The notes below the pieces were generated by a model, which did no database searches, was not told where the DNA came from, and was given only the letters and a program-made list of their open reading frames with translations. Source: Macrostomum lignano (lineage: Eukaryota). Taken from it: a DNA stretch of 64,000 nucleotides. This document shows positions 21,958-35,229 of this stretch, piece after piece; position 1 is the stretch's first letter, and every line of letters begins with the position of its first letter. The DNA lies in the NCBI GenBank assembly GCA_002269645.1, contig NIVC01000434.1, positions 248,001 through 312,000 of the forward strand. The letters are read 5' to 3'. The position numbers and the translations under genes are program-made.

Positions 21958-22464
21958 TCTCAGCTGCACTTGACGAATTCAGTAGTCACTGAAATTGAAA
22001 TTCAGGTTTTTGATGCTGTGTTGTTTTTTAGATCAATAAATAATGACATGAAATTTTTCTTGCATGCAAAACCTTCTATGATCATGTTCTGGAGAATTCA
22101 GGGACTTTAAATAATTTTAGGGTTATTTACTAGGCTAAATTCTCTCTAATTAGTAGTACTGTGAATAGCGAATGTAATTAAATAATTAAGAGCAACGCGA
22201 TGTAAAATACTCTTAGATTTTTAATTACATTTAAGTTACAAAAGGTGCTGGAACTGGAATAGCAACGTTCTAAACTACTGCCAGAGTAAATTTTGGATTA
22301 TTCCATTATGATATGGCACTATAATTCGTCACTTAATGCTATTAAACAAAAGTACATGTCCGACCTGCGTTATACATATTGTTTTAATGATATAGGAGAA
22401 GCTATAGCTACGCTCGTAGAAGTTCAGGATAAAAGTTAACCAGTCAAATCGATAGGGAAAATAC

Positions 22465-22768
22465 CATGGAGGAAAGAATAGAATGGAGTGCTAATCTGAG
22501 CCAGTTATTTTATCTCGCTCGATTTTCGCTTTTAACATCTCTTTCCCCCCGTTCCTTCCTATTGGCTGAAAGCATGATGCGAGCTCATACTATGCTGGGA
22601 CAGACCTTTCAGAGGGGAACGAAAACGAAAACGAGACGAAAAATACTTTGTCTATGGCAGTCACGAGCCAATAGGAAAGAACGGGGGGAAAGGGATGTTA
22701 AAAGTGAAGATCGAGCGAGACAAAATAACTTGCTCAGATTAGCACTCCATTCTATTCTTTCCTCCATG
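22465..22768. mobile_element. P-element-like MITE (CAT termini, 8-bp TSD)
   Basis: About 105-bp near-perfect TIRs (catggaggaaagaatagaatggagtgctaatctgagc...ttcctattggct). A perfect 8-bp TSD GAAAATAC lies at 22457-22464 and 22769-22776. Confidence 0.85.
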
Positions 22769-23088
22769 GAAAATACTTGTATGTTGCTACTATGGGTAAT
22801 AAGAAAACGACAAGCTAAAAGGAGCAGAAAAACTAAACTATAATGCGGAATATACGAGCGTACATATCTGCTGAAAAGTTGAATTGGCTATATAGCTTTG
22901 CGTGCATCCAGCAGTCTATTCGCGTATGGTCTTAGTGTCAAAATAGCAGTAATAAGTTTCATTTCTTGCTGATCCTCTAACTCCAAATTATATCAAATAG
23001 ACGAAATCTATATCTAATTACGAACGAATAGGAGTACAACATGTCACTTTATTAATGCTCAAATTAACGCTCATGAAGTCATTCGAAG

Positions 23089-24555
23089 CTAACACTCGAT
23101 TTCGAGCTCCTCCAAGGTCAGCGAGTCACCACCGCGATCGCAGTGTTCAATCGACACCCGTCTTGGCTCGTCAGGTTCCGTTTGTTCAGTCGAAGGGCCT
23201 TGCTCCGGAGTTGGGTTCTCAAAATTGTCTGCAGAAACATTTTCTTTGCTTATCCGGCGTCTCAGCTCGTGAAATTCGGAATAGAACTTCCTCTCTTCTT
23301 CTTCGTTTATCCAGAGATCAAGTTTATCCTTGAACAATTCGAAGCCAAACTTTTTAACAGGAAATGAAACCCCGTATCGTTTCTTATCGCCATTGTAGCT
23401 CAGGTTGAATCGCGTCCTCTGACTCTGGCTTGAAATGAGTTCCAGCTTTAGACGTTTAAAACTTTCAGCGATCTCCAAGAGAATCTCACTGGTAGTACAA
23501 ACTGCGATTGACCATTGCCGTCTCTTTTGGGAATAGCTTTCGGCCTTCGCGAATAGCTTGAGCAGCTGTTCCTTCTTATCACCAGCTTCGAGAAGAAAAG
23601 ACTTCACATTGTCGTCCAGGACCCTTTTTTGACGTCTGACGCTCAGGGCCTCCTCTTCCAATTTATTTGCTACTCTAAACCAAATAGTTGGTCTCAGGTC
23701 TGCGACAGCGTTATCCAGCGTTGCGATAGCTTCGTTGAGAAACTCGTAAGACTTTTGAACTTTTTCAATTATAGCTTGATGGAGTGGGGCGGGTCTCAGC
23801 TCTTTGTGAACTTCTTCGCACATCAGTGCGGAGAGTGGAGTCAGGGTGACTGTAACTGGCGATCTAGCTGCAGGACTTTTAACTTTCTGAATGCACGCCA
23901 CAGCATCGCTAAGATTTATTGGTGGACAGTCCAAGTGAAAGTCTCCTGTGTAGGTCACTCGTATCTTTTGACTGGCTTCTTTATCAGTCGTTTTCAGGTC
24001 GAGCCTGCCCGAGCCACTTAGGTTTATCAGCTTGGTTATTTTGGCTTTCAGCCCGCCCGAAGATTTTTCATCAGATATTGAGTCCGACTTGTTCAGCTCA
24101 AAGGTGAATAGGGCCGTACCGCCGTACTGGATGCCTGTGACGATATGCATTGCATCGCATATATCGCTAACGTCTCTCACACTGAGTCCGTGGGGCAGAT
24201 GAATCTCCTCGAATTCGGTTTTTGACTTGATTCGGAACGTCAGACTCTCAGTTTGGCTCGTTTGCTTGCTGTCCGTGAGGTGCCGGCCAGTGCCGCTAGC
24301 CGTGATGAAACCCGACAGAAGCGACAGAGACAGCTCACCGCTTATGTCTAGATTCTTTGCCCTGTCGGACATGGAGTTCTCTTTTACAAATTCGCACTCC
24401 ATGGAGTCGTTGCGGTGCTTACAAACCATATTCTCAAGCTCTTCGTGTGAAAAAATCTTTATTCCATGAATCAACTCATTGGTCTTTGTGTTGTACAAAG
24501 AACCCAGGGTAAACGATCGGCCTAGCCCTGGTATCCTCAGCTGAGCTGCCGACAT
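23089..24555 (-). CDS. Stonustoxin/verrucotoxin-like MACPF-CDC protein B (488 aa), no PRY-SPRY; single-exon CDS
   Basis: ATG at 24555. LRIPGLGRSFTLGSLYNTKTNELIHG parallels SNTX LVMPALGRPFTLGMLYDARREKLIPG. Further matches: LDISGELSLSLLSGFITASGTGRHL, AMHIVTGIQYGGTALFTF, VTYTGDFHLDCPP, PVTVTLTPL. A helical FAT-like region follows. AATAAA lies at 23048-23053 (minus strand). Confidence 0.9.
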   Translation of the reverse strand: MSAAQLRIPGLGRSFTLGSLYNTKTNELIHGIKIFSHEELENMVCKHRNDSMECEFVKENSMSDRAKNLDISGELSLSLLSGFITASGTGRHLTDSKQTSQTESLTFRIKSKTEFEEIHLPHGLSVRDVSDICDAMHIVTGIQYGGTALFTFELNKSDSISDEKSSGGLKAKITKLINLSGSGRLDLKTTDKEASQKIRVTYTGDFHLDCPPINLSDAVACIQKVKSPAARSPVTVTLTPLSALMCEEVHKELRPAPLHQAIIEKVQKSYEFLNEAIATLDNAVADLRPTIWFRVANKLEEEALSVRRQKRVLDDNVKSFLLEAGDKKEQLLKLFAKAESYSQKRRQWSIAVCTTSEILLEIAESFKRLKLELISSQSQRTRFNLSYNGDKKRYGVSFPVKKFGFELFKDKLDLWINEEEERKFYSEFHELRRRISKENVSADNFENPTPEQGPSTEQTEPDEPRRVSIEHCDRGGDSLTLEELEIEC

Positions 24556-24763
24556 GCTCTTGAAGCGTTTGGCTGCCTGCACTAATTTAAACTAGTAACA
24601 GGCTATTATATTAAAAGTTACATTAAGTTACATAAATTTTGCTTCCTACAAGCATAAAAATGCAATAAAAACGGTGCATGAGTTCGTATGATGAGGACGC
24701 ACTTTTTACACATGAGTTCCCATCTTATCTCTCTACTTTGAGTAGGCTAGTTCACTCTTAGTA

Positions 24764-24950
24764 GGGGTTTTAGCCTAGTAGTTAGAACGTCGGACTCATG
24801 GCTTGAAGGTTGGAGGTTCGATTCTCGATCCCCACCGGAACAATTTGTACCCTTGAGCAAGACACTTAACTCTGCATTGCTTCAGTTCACCCAGCTGTAA
24901 AATGGATACCAGCATTCGCTGGGGTAATTGAGGGTGTGTGGCGCCCCTCA
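24764..24950 (+). mobile_element. SINE family A, 3'-truncated
   Basis: It has the tRNA-like head and CORE-like centre seen at 13645-13925. Confidence 0.8.
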
Positions 24951-26089
24951 GTCATGCTTAGCAGCTTATTTTGATGGGCCGCTGGCATCAGAGCATCAGA
25001 GCGCCGCTCTAGACCACTCACTGGGTTTAAGGCAGCCCCCTCCCTGTCTGGTACTCTTGGAAACTTGGTACTCTGATTAGTTGGGTGAGAGGCCTTCTTG
25101 ACCTGCTCTTTTGAGTTTGAACACTTCTTTAGTAGATTTCCAATTTCACTTTTTGAACCGAAGCAGAAATCAAATTCGAAAGTGACGACTTACCTATTTG
25201 CTCCGGCTCGGTGTGATAAATGTGAGCTTCGGAAAAAGCCAAATTTGATCATTTAATTCTTAGTCTAGGCAAAAATCTAACCTGCTACTGAGCTGACTAA
25301 ATAATAAATAGATCAATGCTTTTTGATAAGTTGCTACTGACTGCTGCATAGCTATTGATTTAGTTCAGCGAGACCTTCGTCAACAACGCATATTCCTTGA
25401 TCGACTGGAGCCACTGCAAACATTCTGGGAAGTTAAGATCAATAAACTTTCGCTTTAAACCCAAGGACTACTACAGTCTATACGTTGCTTTAGTTGTCAT
25501 TGTTTAAACCCAGATCGCTCTTTGTATTGGTTGCATTGCAGAGATTCCCGTGCTTTCTACATGCTGGATTTATATACATGAAAGTACAAATGCACATACA
25601 ACGAGCTGAATAAAAAAAACTAATCAAGATTCAAAACATTTTATAAAAGAATTTAACTCTGTGATATAACTACATATACTCACTTTAAAAGCACCTTGAT
25701 ACCTGCCGAATAAAGAGGTCTTGTAAAGCGCTTAACGACACGCCACTGAACCGCTCTTGGAGTTTTACACTTTGTGTCGCCTTCCAACTGTCAATGTAGT
25801 CTTTTAAATAGAGCTTTATTATTTAGAAGTTCCCTTTCAAAGATGCATATGTCTTGCGGCTTTTCCACGGAAAATCCACTCATGTTGTATGAACGTTAAT
25901 TAGAAAGCAATTAATTTTCTTCGTATTCATTCTGAGCAATTCAATTGACCAGACCATTAGATCTAAATGAGAGTGCTGCGTGAAGTTGAGGACCGGCGCA
26001 CCTGGATTGAGAATAAGCAGCGTGTTGGGGCAGACGCTCTACCCCCGCACGAACCCGCGTAGCGAGTGTATATCGACGATATTTTTAGA

Positions 26090-26256
26090 AAAAAATTAAT
26101 CCCTTTAACATTGAGCAATTTCTTAGCCAAGATGCATGTACCGTCCCAGGAAAATTTCTGATCGAATGGTGCAAGTTTGAAGAAAATCGGTTGAGCCAAT
26201 TTTTCTGAAATCTATCGCATACCCACAGACAACTCATTTTTAGTATATAGGACTAG
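26090..26256 (+). mobile_element. 3' part of a probable non-autonomous Helitron-like element (second copy at about 33290-33473)
   Basis: Both copies share attgagcaatttcttagcca..gaaaatttctgatcgaa..aaaatcgg..acagac..ttttagtatatagga. This copy ends in CTAG. The Helitron assignment is inference. Confidence 0.4.
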
Positions 26257-26482
26257 CAATCTACGCCCCCCGTTGGGGAGCCAAAGAAATGCAATCGCTA
26301 CACGTTTTTTTAATAAGCTACATGTATCCTTGAAATCTTAAAAAATCTCCTGTCAAACCTTGTAAGCCTTGACATGTCAGTAATTCCCCACCACAAGCTT
26401 TAACATATCAACTCCCCCCTTGACATCTCAGCAATGCCCCCAATAAGCCTTGGAAATCTAAAAATATCTGTCAACCTTCTAA

Positions 26483-26546
26483 CCCTAACCCTAGCCTAAC
26501 CCTAACCCTAACCCTAACCCTAACCCTAACCCTAACCTAACCCTAA
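26483..26546. repeat. Interstitial (CCCTAA)n telomere-like tract, about 10 units
   Basis: ctaaccctaaccctagcctaaccctaaccctaaccc... is embedded in a ~460-bp duplicated unit. Confidence 0.8.
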
Positions 26547-27439
26547 AGCATTGACATTTCAGTAATTCTCTCTAAGAGTCATTATAGCACTGCTACAGCA
26601 TTATAGCGATTTCCTGCAAGCCTCGACATCGTAGGGATTCCCAAATGAATCTCTTAACTTCGACATGAAGCTTCTTTTATTTTTTACATTACGCTTTTTT
26701 TATCAGCGATCCCTCCCCTGAGGAGGCATCAAATAATGTAATAAAAAGTTTTCAATAAACTTTACATGATTGTTTACATGTAGCTTCTGACTTTAGCTTT
26801 GAAATCTCATTTATACCCCCGTGAGCCTTGACATCTCAGCTATTCCCCCCGTAAGCCTTGACATGTCAGCGATGGCCTCCATAAACCTTGAAATCTGAAA
26901 AATCCCCCGTTAACCTTGAAACCCGATAAAATATAACCCTCAACCCACACCTGACCTAAACCTAACTTTAACCCAACCTAAAGCCTTGAATCTCAGCAAT
27001 TCTTCTCCCCTAAGCCTTGACATTTTAGTGATTCCTTCTTTAAGAATCACAGCACTGTAACGATTCCCTCCAAGCTTTGACATCATAGCAATTCCCAAAT
27101 GAATCTTTTAACTTCGACATGACTTTTCTTTTATGTATACATAGTGCTACTTTTATTTTTTACATGACTCTTCTTCTATCAGCGACCCCCCCCCCGTGGC
27201 GAGCCAACAAAGAATGTAATAAAAAAATTGAGTAAAGTACATGAACTTTGAAGTAGCTTCTGACTTTTGCTTTGACATCTCAGCAACCCCCCTTCGTAAT
27301 CTCAGTTATTCTCTGAGAGCCTTAACGTCTCAGTTTTTCTCCCCAGCACAGCATTATAGCTGCATTTATTTTTACATGACACCCTTCATGTCTGACATGA
27401 CGCTTCTTTTATTCTACCATGATGCTTCTTAACTTTTTA

Positions 27440-30400
27440 AATGACACTTTCCTTAGTTTTTAAATGAGGCTTCTATGATTTTTTCATGACGCTTCTATGA
27501 TTTTAACATGACGCTTCTATGACTTTTTTTACATGACGCTTCTATGATTTTTTCTTGACGCTTCTATAATTTTTACATGACGCTTCTATGATTTTTTACA
27601 TGACGCTTCTATGATTGTTTACATGACGCTTCTATGATTGTTTACATGACGCTTCTATGATTCATTACATGACGCTTCTATGATTTTTTACATGACGCTT
27701 CTATGATTGTTTACATGACGCTTCTATGATTGTTTACATGACGCTTCTATGATTGTTTACATGACGCATCTATGATTTTTATATGACGCATCTATGATTT
27801 TTATATGACGCTTCTATGATTTTTACATGACGCTTCTATGATTGTTTACATGACGCTTCTATGATTTTTTACATGGCGCTTCTATGATTGTTTACATGAC
27901 GCTTCTATGATTGTTTCATGACGCTTCTATGATTGTTTACATGACGCTTCTATGATTTTTATATGACGCTTCTATGATTGTTTACATGACCCTTCTATGA
28001 TTTTTTATATGACGCTTCTATCATTTTAACATAACGCTTCTATGATTTTTATATGACGCTTCTATGATTGTTTACATGATGCTTCTATGATTTTTACATG
28101 GCGCTTCTATGATTGTTTACATGACGCTTCTATGATTGTTTACATGACGCTTCTAGGATTGTTTACATGACGCTTCTATGATTGTTTACATGACGCTTCT
28201 AGGATTGTTTACATAACGCTTCTAGGATTGTTTACATGACGCTTCTATGATTGTTTACATGACGCTTCTATGATTGTTTCATGACGCTTCTATGATTGTT
28301 TACATGACGCTTCAAGGATTTTTTACATGACGCTTCTACGATTTTGGCAGGATGATTCTATGATTTTACATGACGCTTCTATGATTTTTACATGACGCTT
28401 CTATGATTTTTTACATGACGCTTCTACGATTTTGGCAGGACGATTCTACGATTTTACATGACGCTTCTATGATTTTTACATGACGCTTCTATGATTTTAC
28501 ATGACGCTTCTATGATTTTTACATGACGCTTCTACGATTTTTACATGACGCTTTTATGATTTTTTACATGACGCTTCTATGATTGTTTCATGACGCTTCT
28601 ATGATTTTTACATGACGCTTCTATGATTGTTTACATTCTTCTATGCTTGTTTACATGACGCTTCTATGATTGTTTAAATGACGCTTGAATGATTGTTTAC
28701 ATGACGCTTTTATGATTTTTTACATGGCGCTTCTATGATTGTTTACATGACGCTTCTATGATTGTTTACATGACGCTTCTATGATTGTTTACATGACGCT
28801 TCTATGATTGTTTACATGACGCTTCTATGATTTTTACATGACGTTTCTATGATTGTTTCATGACGCTTCTATGATTGTTTACATGACGCTTCTATGATTT
28901 TTACATGACGCTTCTATGATTGTTTACATGGCGCTTCTATGATTGTTTACATGACGCTTCTATGATTGTTTCATGACGCTTCTATGATTGTTTACATGAC
29001 GCTTCTATGATTTTGACATGACGCTCTATGATTTTTATATGACGCTTCTATGATTTTTACATGACGCTTCTATGATTGTTTACATGACGCTTCTATGATT
29101 GTTTACATGACGCTTCTATGATTTTTTACATGGCGCTTCTATGATTGTTTACATGACGCTTCTATGATTGTTTCATGACGCTTCTATGATTTTTACATGA
29201 CGCTTCTATGATTGTTTACATTCTTCTATGCTTGTTTACATGACGCTTCTATGATTGTTTAAATGACGCTTGAATGATTGTTTACATGACGCTTTTATGA
29301 TTTTTACATGGCGCTTCTATGATTGTTTACATGACGCTTCTATGATTGTTTACATGACGCTTCTATGATTGTTTACATGACGCTTCTATGATTGTTTACA
29401 TGACGCTTCTATGATTTTTACATGACGTTCTATGATTGTTTCATGACGCTTCTATGATTGTTTACATGACGCTTCTATGATTTTTACATGACGCTTCTAT
29501 GATTGTTTACATGGCGCTTCTATGATTGTTTACATGACGCTTCTATGATTGTTTCATGACGCTTCTATGATTGTTTACATGACGCTTCTATGATTTTGAC
29601 ATGACGCATCTATGATTTTTATATGACGCTTCTATGATTTTTAAATGACGCTTCTATGATTGTTTACATGACGCTTCTATGATTGTTTACATGACGCTTC
29701 TATGATTTTTTACATGGCGCTTCTATGATTGTTTACATGACGCTTCTATGATTGTTTCATGACGCTTCTATGATTGTTTACATGACGCTTCTATGATTGT
29801 TTCATGACGCTTCTATGATTGTTTACATGACGCTTCTATGATTTTTATATGACGCTTCTATGATTGTTTACATGACCTTCTATGATTTTTATATGACGCT
29901 TCTATCATTTTTACATAACGCTTCTATGATTTTTATATGACGCTTCTATGATTGTTTACATGATGCTTCTATGATTTTTACATGACGCTTCTATGATTGT
30001 TTACATGACGCTTCTAGGATTGTTTACATGACGCTTCTATGATTGTTTACATGACGCTTCTAGGATTGTTTACATAACGCTTCTAGATTGTTTACATGAC
30101 GCTTCTATGATTGTTTACATGACGCTTCTATGATTGTTTCATGACGCTTCTATGATTGTTTACATGACGCTTCAAGGATTTTTTACATGACGCTTCTACG
30201 ATTTTGGCAGGATGATTCTATGATTTTACATGACGCTTCTATGATTTTTACATGACGCTTCTATGATTTTTTACATGACGCTTCTACGATTTTGGCAGGA
30301 CGATTCTACGATTTTACATGACGCTTCTATGATTTTTACATGACGCTTCTATGATTTTACATGACGCTTCTATGATTTTTACATGACGCTTCTACGATTT

Positions 30401-32885
30401 TTACATGACGCTTTATGATTTTTTACATGACGCTTCTATGATTGTTTCATGACGCTTCTATGATTTTTACATGACGCTTCTATGATTGTTTACATTCTTC
30501 TATGCTTGTTTACATGACGCTTCTATGATTGTTTAAATGACGCTTGAATGATTGTTTACATGACGCTTTTATGATTTTTACATGGCGCTTCTATGATTGT
30601 TTACATGACGCTTCTATGATTGTTTACATGACGCTTCTATGATTGTTTACATGACGCTTCTATGATTGTTTACATGACGCTTCTATGATTTTTACATGAC
30701 GTTTCTATGATTGTTTCATGACGCTTCTATGATTGTTTACATGACGCTTCTATGATTTTTACATGACGCTTCTATGATTGTTTACATGGCGCTTCTATGA
30801 TTGTTTACATGACGCTTCTATGATTGTTTCATGACGCTTCTATGATTGTTTCATGACGCTACTATGATTGTTTACATGACGCTTCTATGATTTTTACATG
30901 ACGCTTCTATGATTGTTTACATGGCGCTTCTATGATTGTTTACATGACGCTTCTATGATTGTTTCATGACGCTTCTATGATTGTTTACATGACGCTTCTA
31001 TGATTTTGACATGACGCATCTATGATTTTTATATGACGCTTCTATGATTTTTACATGACGCTTCTATGATTGTTTACATGACGCTTCTATGATTGTTTAC
31101 ATGACGCTTCTATGATTTTTTACATGGCGCTTCTATGATTGTTTACATGACGCTTCTATGATTGTTTCATGACGCTTCTATGATTGTTTACATGACGCTT
31201 CTATGATTGTTTCATGACGCTTCTATGATTGTTTACATGACGCTTCTATGATTGTTTCATGACGCTTCTATGATTGTTTACATGACGCTTCTATGATTTT
31301 TATATGACGCTTCTATGATTGTTTACATGACCTTCTATGATTTTTATATGACGCTTCTATCATTTTTACATAACGCTTCTATGATTTTTATATGACGCTT
31401 CTATGATTGTTTACATGATGCTTCTATGATTTTTACATGACGCTTCTATGATTGTTTACATGACGCTTCTAGGATTGTTTACATAACGCTTCTAGGATTG
31501 TTTACATGACGCTTCTATGATTGTTTACATGACGCTTCTATGATTGTTTCATGACGCTTCTATGATTGTTTACATGACGCTTCAAGATTTTTTACATGAC
31601 GCTTCTACGATTTTGGCAGGATGATTCTATGATTTTACATGACGCTTCTATGATTTTTACATGACGCTTCTATGATTTTTTACATGACGCTTCTACGATT
31701 TTGGCAGGACGATTCTACGATTTTACATGACGCTTCTATGATTTTTACATGACGCTTCTATGATTTTACATGACGCTTCTATGATTTTTACATGACGCTT
31801 CTACGATTTTTACATGACGCTTTATGATTTTTTACATGACGCTTCTATGATTGTTTCATGACGCTTCTATGATTTTTACATGACGCTTCTATGATTGTTT
31901 ACATGACTTCTATGATTGTTTACATGACGCTTCTATGATTGTTTACATGACGCTTGAATGATTGTTTACATGACGCTTCTATGATTTTTACATGACGCTT
32001 CTATGATTGTTTACATGACGCTTCTATGATTGTTTACATGACGCTTCTATGATTGTTTACATGACGCTTCTATGATTGTTTACATGACGCTTCTATGATT
32101 GTTTACATGACGCTTCTATGATTGTTTACATGACGCTTCTATGATTGTTTACATGACGCTTCTATGATTTTTACATGACGCTTCTATGATTGTTTACATG
32201 ACGCTTCTATGATTGTTTACATGACGCTTCTATGATTGTTTCATGACGCTTCTATGATTGTTTACATGACGCTTCTATGATTTTGACATGACGCTTCTAT
32301 GATTGTTTACATGACGCTTCTATGATTTTTACATGACGCTTCTATGATTGTTTACATGACGCTTCTATGATTGTTTAATGACGCTTCTATGATTGTTTAC
32401 ATGACGCTTCTATGATTGTTTACATGACGCTTCTATGCTTGTTTACATGACGCTTCTATGATTGTTTAAATGACGCTTGAATGATTGTTTACATGACGCT
32501 TCTATGATTGTTTAAATGACGCTTCTATGATTGTTTACATGACGCTTCTATGATTGTTTACTGACGCTTCTAGATTGTTTACATGACGCTTCTATGATTG
32601 TTTACATGACGCTTCTAGGATTGTTTACATGACGCTTCTATGATTGTTTACATGACGCTTCTATGATTGTTTACATGACGCTTCTATGATTGTTTATGAC
32701 GCTTCTATGATTGTTTACATGACGCTTCTATGATTTTTCATGACGCTTCTATGATTGTTTACATGACGCTTCTATGATTGTTTACATGACGCTTCTATGA
32801 TTTTTATACGATGCTTCTATGATTTTTTAAATGACGCATCTATGATTTTTATATGACGCTTCTATGATTTTTACATGACGCTTCT
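27440..32885. repeat. 23-bp satellite (ACATGACGCTTCTATGATTGTTT)n, about 240 copies, with higher-order repeats
   Basis: A continuous head-to-tail array. The diagnostic variant ttttggcaggatgattc recurs at about 28346, 30206 and 31615. Confidence 0.97.
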
Positions 32886-33536
32886 TTTTAAAAAGTCTTT
32901 TAGTTTTCCTGACGTTGAAAAGCTTTAATTGAAAAAATTATATTCTATGAAAATTCGAACCATCGTCGCTGCATTTATCAAATTTTGCACATATATATAT
33001 AATTCAACAGTTTAAAATCCAAGCATAGAGTAAATCACACGAAGCAGTTATGACATAATCAGTTTCTCAGTCAGTCAGTATCAGTTAACAATATGGTTAC
33101 GCAATTTAAATCAAGTCTGGTGCTAGGCTTCCACACTGCATTTTCAATTCAAGTCAGAGTTACAATTCAGTTATGATGTAATCTATTTCAGAATCAGAAT
33201 TCAACCAGTCAGTTTTTTCTCTAGCATTCTTACAATGCATTTCAAGTCAAAAAGTTTGCTTGACCTTTGCAAAAAAGCATGTTTTTCGAATATTTAATGC
33301 CTCTAGCATTGAGCAATTTCTTAGCCACGATGCATGTACCGTCACGGGAAAATTTCTGATCGAACAGTGCAAGTTCGAACAAAATCGGTCCAGCCATTTT
33401 TTCTCTAATCGATCACATAGATAGATAGATAGATAGATAGATAGACACAGACAGACCATTTTTAGTATATAGGATGAAACCCCAATAGACACAGTCTGAG
33501 ACATTTTTGCCAACGTCTCAGGTTCTGCGCTAAAAA

Positions 33537-34466
<930 letters not shown>

Positions 34467-35229
34467 ATATCTCATCTTTAAAAACAGACAATGAAGACGT
34501 AATGTTTGGCTTTTAAAGATTTTTTATATTTTTTTTGTTCGCTGATATGGATTGGGTGAAATTTTTGAACACATGGTTGAAATATACGCGGGAGGGGGAA
34601 TTTCACGTGCACGAACTACTTTTTGCGATTTACAGAAAAAAAAATAAAAAATCATAATTAATTGAAAAAGCATAATACGTCGTATTATTGGGGGTTGTTG
34701 AGCAAAAACGGAGTCTTTATGAGTACATGGTGAATCGCAGCTGATGACGGTATTTCTCAGTTTTTTGTAGTTTTTTAGACTTTTTTGTTTTTTTCGTAAT
34801 TTTTTTGATTTTTACTGTACAGAATAATTGTCAGTTACTTGAGTACGTTCAGAGCAAAGTACATGTGCAAAAGTTCAGTTTAAAAGTACAACATATAAGT
34901 AATTTCAGATCTGCGACAGCAGTAAATAGGTGAAGTACAAAAAGTTCTTTCGACGAATCGTACGTGCCAATTTGAAGCGTTTTTATGTTATCAAAACATT
35001 TTTTTAAAAATTATTCCTAGCATTAGACTCACCACTAAACTGTGTGTCGCAGATGCACATGTAAGCATGCATTTAAATGTTTTTATAATTAAAAAACCGA
35101 AAGTACACAAAATGTTTTATCGAGGGACACGATTGTACAATAAAGCACGAATTTAAAAAACTGAGTTAAACGGTTCCTTGTCATTTCGTCATCTGCATGG
35201 AGCTAGTGTCTTACTCGTATCCCACCCCA

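Noticed and set aside
26483-26546. True chromosome end or telomere
   Set aside because: Only about 10 units, internal, and embedded in a duplicated repeat unit.
27440-32885. CRISPR array
   Set aside because: The monomers abut with no unique spacers, the context is eukaryotic and no cas genes are present. The same applies to the 31-, 32- and 46-bp arrays.
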